Positions 52,424 to 60,133 of a stretch of DNA of 64,000 nucleotides are shown here, in pieces (the first letter of the stretch is position 1; the number at the start of each line of letters is the position of its first letter). Under the pieces are notes generated by a model that did not search any database, was not told the DNA's origin, and saw only the letters and a list, made by a program, of their open reading frames with translations. A program made the translations under genes and the position numbers. This DNA is from Escherichia coli (GTDB taxonomy: Bacteria > Pseudomonadota > Gammaproteobacteria > Enterobacterales > Enterobacteriaceae). The stretch is taken from the NCBI RefSeq assembly GCF_041886205.1, contig NZ_CP169029.1. One strand, 5' to 3'.

Positions 52424-55270
52424 TCAGAAGGTCACATTCAGTGTGGCCTGACCGTTATACCCTTCAGCGCTGCTGCCGCTGACGCTGTGGGCATAACCGG
52501 CCTGAACGCCCAGGGTGATATTTTCCCGGACACGGGCTTCCAGTCCGGCCTGCAGGTCCAGTGATGTGCCATTCTGTGAGGGAGAGAACGTCATCCCGCT
52601 GCCTGCAGTGGAAGTCCCCACACGCATATCTCCCCGGGAGCTGAAGGTGCGGATAACAGAAGGCTGTACCCACCAGTTCACCGGTAATTCACTCACACTG
52701 TGTTTTGCACTGTCACGCAGGGGGGCACGGGATGAGGTGCCTTCGCCAAAGGTCATATCGTTGTGGCTGCCCAGACGGAAACCGGCACGCACATGTTGTG
52801 CACTGCCATGCCCGAACTTCACATAACCGGCGTTGTCCTTACCGTCATCCAGGGAAAGTCCCTGCCAGGTATACTGTAGTTGTGGCTCCAGCATCAGGTT
52901 GTCAGTGATACTGAAGGGCAGACCGGTTTCCAGTGAACCCAGCCAGCCCCAACCCCGGGCGCGGAAGTCGTTATTGTCCGTTGACGCTTTCATGCTGTGG
53001 CGGGTTCCCAGGGCCACAATGTCAGCCCACAGTCCGGAGGCGTTGTGTATCAGATTCAGGTATCCGCCCAGGCTGCCGGCATCATCCCGGACCGTGCCGG
53101 CGCGGGAGCCGTCATCATCCTTAACATCAACGGAAGAATGGCCTGCAGCACCATACACCCCTGTCGTCAGAGACATACCGGCAACCTCTGTTCTGAGCAG
53201 GTCACCCTCCAGACGGACGAAGCCATAGCTGCCGCTGCTTTCCGGCGTGGCTCCACGGGCAATACCGCCGTTGTTATCGTGACCGAGATGACCGCCCTGA
53301 ATGCTGAGACGGACGCTGTTATTTTCACCGTTTACACCGGTCTGATGGCTGCGGGAGCCTGCCAGAATCCGGTCATAGTCCATTGCCTGTGTCAGCATGG
53401 ATGTATACAGGGGGACTTCAGCACGATAAGCATTTTCACTGCGCAGGTACCAGTCTTCATCGCTGTCACGGTTCAGGGTGTAGTTAAAGGCGCCGGCCTG
53501 AAGCGGGCGACTCAGGGCAAACGCACCTTCTTCTGTGGTGGCGCCATTCTGTGCATCCACAACCCGGATACCCTGTCCGGAGGTTGCCACCCCGAGGTTA
53601 CTGTTTCCGACATTTGTAAACGCAAGCCAGGTTTTGCCGGTTGCCTGACCACCATTAATCACCAGCTGGTCAGAGGTATTGCTGCCATCAAGGCGAACAC
53701 GCATATTGATGGTGCCACCCTGACCGGTGAGGTTACTGGTGGTCAGTTTATGGAACGTTACCGGGGAGTCGCCTTTTGCAACAGCACGGCTCAGCGCGGC
53801 ATCCGGTGTCGTCTGATTATCAAAGCGAATCTCCCCTGCGTTAACAATATCGCCGGTACTGACCACATCACCATTCAGTACCATGCTGGCACCTTTACTG
53901 AGCTGTGTTCTGCCACTCAGATTTCCCCCGGCAGCCAGCGTCAGTGTTCCACGATGTCCGACAGTGGTGTTGCCAGCCTGTCCTCCGGCATTAACCGTAA
54001 AGCTGCCGCCATTTTCCAGCAGCAGGCCGCTGGCCTGACCGGAGATACCATCAATACTGAACTTACCGCTGGCATTGGTCCCCTCAACAGTGGCACCACT
54101 GTCTGCTATCAGGGCACCACCGGATGTCATGGTGACATCTGTTGCCTTACCACCGGCAGACACTGCCAGGATACCGCCGTCATCCACCAGGGTATTCTGT
54201 GCTGAATGGCTCTCCAGTACATCCAGACGACCGCCGGATTCCAGAACAACACCGTCAGCCTTACCGTTTTCCACAGTGAAATTGCCCAGACGGTTGCTGC
54301 CGGTGACGGTTGCCGCCGTACTGGTGACCAGTGCGCCTCCCTGCTTCAGGGTGACATTCGTGGCTGTACCACCGGCGTTCACCTGCAGTTTGCCTTTCTG
54401 GTTAACGGTGGTGAAATCCGCCAGACCACCTTCCTTGACAATCTGCCAGCCGTCACTGTTTACAACCGTGTCAGAGGCTGTGCCTCCGTTGTGCACATAC
54501 TGGTAACCGCCATTCAGTGTGGTATCCAGCGCATGCCCGTGTACCGTCTGGTCGCCGCCGGCATAAACCACAGTGGTATTTGCTGTTCCTTCAACAGCCA
54601 CAATCTGACGACCATTTTTATTGATGGTGGTACGTACGGCATTTCCGCGAACAAACTGCCCGGTATCACCATTTTCTGCATCTGGTCCCCCTTCCGCGCC
54701 GGTATTCACAACCGTGTCGGTTGCCATTGCGCCGGATTTGACGGCCTGCCAGCCCTTCTCATTAATGACGGTACCCGTTGCAATCCCGCCTTCATGTACC
54801 CACTGCTCACCGCCGTTCAGAGTGGTATTCACTGCCTGCCCCTGAAGGCTCTGTCCGCCTCCGGCACTGATAACCGTGTCTGAAACGCTTCCTCCGGCAT
54901 TCACTCTCTGAAGACCACCACCGGTGACAGTAGTGTTGTTGGCGATACCGCCATTTTGTATCCATTGCCCGCCGGTATTGGCCTCGTTATCCGGCCCATA
55001 CTCCAGACCGGTACTGATGGTCATTCCGTTGGCCGTACCGAGAACAATCTGGTTGTCATGATTTGTCAGTGTTCCGCCGCTCACGGTTTCTCCCGCCTGT
55101 ACAACCGTGTCAGCAGCCAGTGCCGGGACTGATGTGACAGCAGCAAGAGACAGCGCAATCGCCACACCGGCGCGTTTTCCCCGTGAGCGGGCCAGTTCGG
55201 AGGCCACCACCAGGGTACCCGTAATGTGATTCCATACCAGCCTGTAGCTGGTGTTCAGATGTCGTTTCAT
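52424..55270 (-). CDS. flu: Antigen 43 self-associating autotransporter adhesin
   Basis: Track ORF trimmed to MKRHLNTSYRLVWNHITG (start codon checked); signal peptide, beta-helical passenger repeats, C-terminal beta-barrel ending GYNGQATLNVTF; ~948 aa, shorter than the 1039-aa K-12 form. Confidence 0.9.
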   Translation of the reverse strand: MKRHLNTSYRLVWNHITGTLVVASELARSRGKRAGVAIALSLAAVTSVPALAADTVVQAGETVSGGTLTNHDNQIVLGTANGMTISTGLEYGPDNEANTGGQWIQNGGIANNTTVTGGGLQRVNAGGSVSDTVISAGGGQSLQGQAVNTTLNGGEQWVHEGGIATGTVINEKGWQAVKSGAMATDTVVNTGAEGGPDAENGDTGQFVRGNAVRTTINKNGRQIVAVEGTANTTVVYAGGDQTVHGHALDTTLNGGYQYVHNGGTASDTVVNSDGWQIVKEGGLADFTTVNQKGKLQVNAGGTATNVTLKQGGALVTSTAATVTGSNRLGNFTVENGKADGVVLESGGRLDVLESHSAQNTLVDDGGILAVSAGGKATDVTMTSGGALIADSGATVEGTNASGKFSIDGISGQASGLLLENGGSFTVNAGGQAGNTTVGHRGTLTLAAGGNLSGRTQLSKGASMVLNGDVVSTGDIVNAGEIRFDNQTTPDAALSRAVAKGDSPVTFHKLTTSNLTGQGGTINMRVRLDGSNTSDQLVINGGQATGKTWLAFTNVGNSNLGVATSGQGIRVVDAQNGATTEEGAFALSRPLQAGAFNYTLNRDSDEDWYLRSENAYRAEVPLYTSMLTQAMDYDRILAGSRSHQTGVNGENNSVRLSIQGGHLGHDNNGGIARGATPESSGSYGFVRLEGDLLRTEVAGMSLTTGVYGAAGHSSVDVKDDDGSRAGTVRDDAGSLGGYLNLIHNASGLWADIVALGTRHSMKASTDNNDFRARGWGWLGSLETGLPFSITDNLMLEPQLQYTWQGLSLDDGKDNAGYVKFGHGSAQHVRAGFRLGSHNDMTFGEGTSSRAPLRDSAKHSVSELPVNWWVQPSVIRTFSSRGDMRVGTSTAGSGMTFSPSQNGTSLDLQAGLEARVRENITLGVQAGYAHSVSGSSAEGYNGQATLNVTF

Positions 55271-55487
55271 CAGCTTTTCCTTACAGAGGGTGAATAAAAA
55301 AGCCGGTACCCACAAATGTGGATACCGGCAGGTACAAAACAGCATGGTCAGATAAAGTGGTTTTTCCCGGGCATAAATGCTTCCCCTCTCTCATCCGCCA
55401 GAGAAGTATCAGTCCGTTGTGTGCAATTCCGTTCTGCATGATGAAGAGATTCAGCTGCCTTTTCGCAGACCATTAACCACTATAAAC

Positions 55488-55523
55488 GATCGATAGTAAC
55501 GATCAATACCTGTTTTATCGATC
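55488..55523. promoter_or_regulatory. Three-GATC Dam/OxyR phase-variation switch of agn43
   Basis: GATC at 55488, 55501 and 55520 within ...AACGATCGATAGTAACGATCAATACCTGTTTTATCGATCG..., ~220-250 bp upstream of the Ag43 start. Confidence 0.7.
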
Positions 55524-55642
55524 GTTTTATTCTATTAATAACAAGGCGGCCACGCAAGAGAAACAGGAGGGGTATGAGGTGTTTGTGTCATGTTTTCAGT
55601 TGGTTAACGCAATGTAATCAGGCATTTCCCCTGGCAGAGTGT

Positions 55643-56515
55643 TCAGAAGAAAATCCAGTTCCATACAGCGCGGGCAACAGAGACCACCGTGTCACGGACG
55701 GCACGCAGAACCGTACGGGCAACAGAGGCAACACAGACGCTCTCCGCCGTGTCAAATATCCGGTCCACCGCACCGGTAAACTGTTCACGGGCCTGAGCGC
55801 GGACAGATTCCGTGCGCAGCTCGTCCTGCAGGCGGGTCATCAGGGGACTGGCGGCATGGTCGGGAAGCGCTGTCATTAGCGCACTGACCAGCGTATCCAG
55901 CTCCCAGCCGGTGCGGGCCGATACGGCAACAACCGGATGTACGGGCCGGAACAGACGGAATACCGCATCTGTTTTTTCGCGAATGTTCTGTGCCTGTGCG
56001 GGAGAAGGCTGAATGCCGGCCATATCCCATTCATGGCAGGGCTCCGTTTTGTCGGCCTGCGTCACCACAAACAGCACCTGCTGATGTCCCCGGTGCAGGA
56101 TGTGTCGCCAGAAATACTCATCCACAGACAGGGCACGGTCATCGGCTTTAATCAGCCACAGTACCAGGTCAAGTTCAGGCAGAATGTCACGGTACAGGGC
56201 CTCATACTCTGCATCCCTGTCCCGGCTCTCGCCCACCCCGGGCAGGTCAGTGATAACCATGCTGTGACCGTGGCCACTCAGACGGAAGCGCCGTACTTCC
56301 CGGGTGCCGGCGTGAACATCACTGACCGGGGTGACCTCCCCCTGAAACAGTGCATTACAGAGTGAGGATTTACCGGCCCCGCTTTTACCCATAATGCCAA
56401 TCACGGGTTCGTGACGGGTGAGTTTGCGCAGATGTTCCAGGATGTGACGGGAAAGTGAGTAAGGCAGGGAGGAGAGCGGTTTTTCAATTGCCTCAATGGC
56501 ATCAGACGGATTCAT
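55643..56515 (-). CDS. yeeP: YeeP/YkfA/YfjP-family GTPase
   Basis: Walker A GKSGAGKSS and DLPG motif; trimmed to MNPSDAIEAIEKPL (start codon checked); upstream of Ag43 as in CP4-44. Confidence 0.8.
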   Translation of the reverse strand: MNPSDAIEAIEKPLSSLPYSLSRHILEHLRKLTRHEPVIGIMGKSGAGKSSLCNALFQGEVTPVSDVHAGTREVRRFRLSGHGHSMVITDLPGVGESRDRDAEYEALYRDILPELDLVLWLIKADDRALSVDEYFWRHILHRGHQQVLFVVTQADKTEPCHEWDMAGIQPSPAQAQNIREKTDAVFRLFRPVHPVVAVSARTGWELDTLVSALMTALPDHAASPLMTRLQDELRTESVRAQAREQFTGAVDRIFDTAESVCVASVARTVLRAVRDTVVSVARAVWNWIFF

Positions 56516-56870
56516 ACATGTATTCCCGGTGAAAAAAGACAAAACCCCGCGCACCGGAAAGGTGGCGGGGGATTCACAACGATAATATCTGTCTGAAATT
56601 ATTTGGAATGCAGGTATATGCAGCTAATTTGTATCGGCTCATTAGTACAGAACTAAACCTCATCTGACAGTCCGCTCTATGTCATAAGCGGTCCTTATAT
56701 ACACTAAGGTAGAATTGTCTTCTGGGGCGGGGTTGTCCAAATAAAATCCTAAAGTATCTAATTTATACGTAGTGATTCAGTATCATGTGCTACGTGTTGA
56801 ATTATAAATTTAGTTTAAATTGGTTGTTTAGATATCTGCATGATAACTATCAGACCATTGTGGAGTATTT

Positions 56871-57389
56871 ATGACGATTCTTGAAGAAATGGAAGCAGAA
56901 GCATGGCATATCCTAACAACCATCTATACGTATCAGCGGTTGATGGAAGGCCTTACTAATAGCAGTACAAGATATGAGCTTGCCAATCAGTTGGTAGCCC
57001 TCAATGCATTGTTGGAAATGTTGGTGATCCGTTTAGCGCGTCTTGCGGATAAAAGGAAAGATGTGAGATCTGTATCAATGTTTTTGAAACGCGGCTCGTA
57101 TTCTGCTTCACCAGAGGCTGTGAAATTGGCAGCTGAAAAGTTCCTTGCACTCACAGAACCAGTATTAAAGATTAGGCATGAGCAGATTGCACATATGAAG
57201 CCCGGCACACTCAGTAGCTTCGAGCCTCGAGAACTTCCAAATGAAGCTCTGAGAGCAACTGAGGCTCTAATCGATCTCATTGACATTGCCAGAGGTCACC
57301 CTCAGTCTTACACATACCGAGTTGGCTCACAGGAGCCTGCCATTAATTTGAGAGCTTCAGTAGAGACTAGCGAACTAGTTAAAATCTAA
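56871..57389 (+). CDS. Hypothetical protein, 172 aa; possible HEPN-like (R-x5-H motif)
   Basis: ATG at 56871 preceded by GGAG; visibly AT-rich; helix-like composition; RHEQIAH motif near residue 100. Confidence 0.55.
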   Translation: MTILEEMEAEAWHILTTIYTYQRLMEGLTNSSTRYELANQLVALNALLEMLVIRLARLADKRKDVRSVSMFLKRGSYSASPEAVKLAAEKFLALTEPVLKIRHEQIAHMKPGTLSSFEPRELPNEALRATEALIDLIDIARGHPQSYTYRVGSQEPAINLRASVETSELVKI

Positions 57390-57411
57390 TAATTCACTCA
57401 AGTCTATGCTA

Positions 57412-57439
57412 CTTTGCCGAGTTGCTTTACTCGGCAAAG
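57412..57439. terminator. Bidirectional hairpin between the convergent orphan genes
   Basis: CTTTGCCGAG-TTGCTTTA-CTCGGCAAAG, perfect 10-bp stem. Confidence 0.5.
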
Positions 57440-57525
57440 TAATTAGCTCCCCGTTAATAACAGATCCGGCAGCCCCTCAACCTTTTTGCTTAAGTGAATA
57501 TATTTTCACAATATTTCCTACTGCT

Positions 57526-58905
57526 TCAGTCATAAAATTTATTTTTGCCTTTTGACGTCATGAGAAGGAAATATGAAGGGTGACTCTTTATTTCTGAAGA
57601 GTGGCTTGTTATACTAAAAACCTCTTTTAGAATCGTAAAGGCTCCTGTAGCCAACGACACTGGATTTGGTGCCCCAATAAAACCTATCAATGATGGCGCA
57701 ATGTTAAGAAAAAGTTCTTTATTACTTTTCCGCTTATAGGTCTGTATTTTTTGCTCAATATCGGTCAATCCTTCATCCCATATGCGCTCGACAAAATGCT
57801 GATTTATCAGCTGCCTCTTATATGGGTCACTTTCTGCTTCTATGTCATACGCAGCTTCACGTAGCACAGAGCGGAAGGCATTAAAACTCGATTCGTAGTC
57901 AGTTCTAATTTTGTAGAGTTCACTTGGAGTAAGCCCCTCTAGAAATGGAACGTCAATAGAGAGTTTAACCCTCTGAACTTCATTCCTTTGATCCAGTTTA
58001 CGAAGAATTTCTCCATGAAATGGGCAATATGCGCCCAGGGACGCTCTGCATGAATGCGCTTGGTTAAGATCAGTAATAAGGTTTTTATAATGAAAGAGAA
58101 CTGTACGATTTTTTGCTCCCTGCACCCACCGTTCATAACTTTTTTTTCCGCTATGCTTTCCCATGACAATTTCCATAGACATGGTACCATCATCATTATC
58201 AATGGCATTATTTATATGTTGATACATATATCCATTTGTATACGAGCTTTCGCAGCCTTTAATTTTCAACATAATTTCATTCGTTAAAACATTTCTGTTT
58301 AACAACCGAATTTTATTTGTGTTGCCCAGACGTTCTATATTCTGTACGGATAGTCTACTTTCATACAGACGGGCAATATTAGGGGGGAGATATCGAAATA
58401 GGAAATTAGTATCAGAGTTATCTTCTAAAATTCCATTAGCTCTCTCCGAATCTTTAATAGAGGATTCTCTTCGTACAAAAACGATAAACTCTCCACGGAT
58501 AAGATCAAAGTTTTCTTTAGCAAACCTGATAAACCTAGCAATTTCCTTCCTGAGATGTTCAACCTTCTCTTTGCTATCGCTTTCAATAAATTTTTCAACT
58601 ACGTTTTCTGATAGATTTACCCTGTATCGTAGGCTCAATGAATATAGAACGTCATCAAGAATGACTCTGTCCATTGAAAACAAACCACTCTTATACCTTT
58701 CAATATTACGATTCCCCGCCATGTAAACATTCAGCCGGGACTCCTGTACAGAATTTGTTTGTTCGATAATGAATGAATCTATCCTTTTATTATATTCAGC
58801 TAATTCAACTAGCAATTCGTTCAATCCGATATTTTCATATTCCTGTTCTAAAAGTCGATCAACCCAAAAAAGGCTTTCTGTGAGCGCATAGAGGTTGTTG
58901 TACAT
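57526..58905 (-). CDS. Hypothetical protein, 459 aa, unknown function
   Basis: Long ORF in the most AT-rich stretch of the window; K/E/N/I-rich; no Walker A or nuclease motif recognised. Confidence 0.7.
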   Translation of the reverse strand: MYNNLYALTESLFWVDRLLEQEYENIGLNELLVELAEYNKRIDSFIIEQTNSVQESRLNVYMAGNRNIERYKSGLFSMDRVILDDVLYSLSLRYRVNLSENVVEKFIESDSKEKVEHLRKEIARFIRFAKENFDLIRGEFIVFVRRESSIKDSERANGILEDNSDTNFLFRYLPPNIARLYESRLSVQNIERLGNTNKIRLLNRNVLTNEIMLKIKGCESSYTNGYMYQHINNAIDNDDGTMSMEIVMGKHSGKKSYERWVQGAKNRTVLFHYKNLITDLNQAHSCRASLGAYCPFHGEILRKLDQRNEVQRVKLSIDVPFLEGLTPSELYKIRTDYESSFNAFRSVLREAAYDIEAESDPYKRQLINQHFVERIWDEGLTDIEQKIQTYKRKSNKELFLNIAPSLIGFIGAPNPVSLATGAFTILKEVFSITSHSSEIKSHPSYFLLMTSKGKNKFYD

Positions 58906-59917
58906 ACTAGCTCCTTTTTACCAAGCTTCAGTACTGTGTTCTCAAGATTACTCAGTGGTTTTCACACAGAGTGCACTCTCATTTTACATTTAAATGTACT
59001 TCCTAGCATCCTGCTGTTAGTGCCGGATTACAGCACTTATCAACTGTATATTTAGAAAACAAACTGCGCATAATCCTAGTGAGTTGTTATGTCCGCTCCT
59101 CGCTCAAAGCAGACCATTCGCTCAGTTAACGCATCAGTGTCGTGCTAAAAGTAGACGTGGTTAACAACAATGTGAGTTAATCAACGGAGAGCAGGTCAAC
59201 TCTAACCTGTATCAAAAAAACAAATGTGTCACAAAGATGCCGCATGCCTTAATTTGAGTATAATTGAGACGGAAGTAGACGGTTTATGGCTAAATATTGT
59301 TGATATATAGCTATTTGAAGAGTTGTAGCGCAAGTGTATAGCCCAAACTAATAACGCTACCCCTTACCTTTGACGCCTCTTATCAAAGAGCTGCGATGAT
59401 GCACAGCCCGCACGAGGCAATATTCGCACAAGAATCAGGTTCAGAAATAACCTGCTCTGGCATGGTGGGGAGAGTATCACTGATCAGGCTTTCGTTAAGA
59501 TGCGGCGGGATGAGGCCGTGTTGCGTGAGTTGCAGCAGTACAAGATCGCCCGCAGAGGGTAAGCTACAGCGCGAGATCCTAGGTTTCTATCAGGGATTCG
59601 GCAAAGCGGGCGCAGTTGTCGACCAAGGCGGTGAAATCTATAGTGGCATTATAAGGGAACGAACAATAGATCGAGTAAATCGCAGTCAGGGACAAGGATT
59701 GTAGTCTATAGAGAAGTCTCCTGTAACGGTTTTCAGGAGGCTAATTCCGACGCCTGATTTTGCAGGCGCGGAGGGAGAGGATACTGCGACCATTAATCCG
59801 CCACAAAGCATTTACGTGCATAAATCACGCAGTCAGATCCGACTCTCACTGTAGTTCTTGAACCTGATACCACATTTAGCTAATTTAGCTAACTTATCCA
59901 GTATACCAGTGGTTGCC

Positions 59918-60094
59918 ATGAATATGAATGAAGACGAGATTTATCGTCATATCCGGCAGGCACTTTCCAGTGCGCCGCGTAACCAGTACACCGTCGAGCT
60001 GCACCTGCAAATGATTAAATATGCCGACGAACTGGAACACATTACGGCAAAAGCCTTTTGCGAAGGCACCGGTCTGAATACCGATCTGCTGTAA
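59918..60094 (+). CDS. Small hypothetical ORF, 58 aa, directly upstream of hsdM
   Basis: ATG at 59918 (track used upstream TTG at 59858); MNMNEDEIYRHIRQALSSAPRNQYTVELHLQMIKYADELEHITAKAFCEGTGLNTDLL. Confidence 0.35.
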   Translation: MNMNEDEIYRHIRQALSSAPRNQYTVELHLQMIKYADELEHITAKAFCEGTGLNTDLL

Positions 60095-60133
60095 CCGACT
60101 TACGGCACATTATCGCGCAAAACGAGATATTTA

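Noticed and set aside
52997-54205. 402-aa ORF on the plus strand, plus several other 60-225-aa plus-strand ORFs between 52.3 and 54.9 kb
   Set aside because: All lie antisense inside the Ag43 gene; GC-rich repetitive sequence generates long spurious antisense frames; products are low-complexity (Ala/Gly/Thr/Cys-rich) with no ribosome-binding sites.
56987-57286. 99-aa minus-strand ORF
   Set aside because: Antisense inside the 172-aa HEPN-like ORF, which has the better start context and motif.
59396-59704. 102-aa plus-strand ORF in the gap upstream of hsdM
   Set aside because: Cys/Ser/Gly/Arg-rich, not protein-like, no ribosome-binding site; the region is more likely non-coding or a decayed remnant (see finding).
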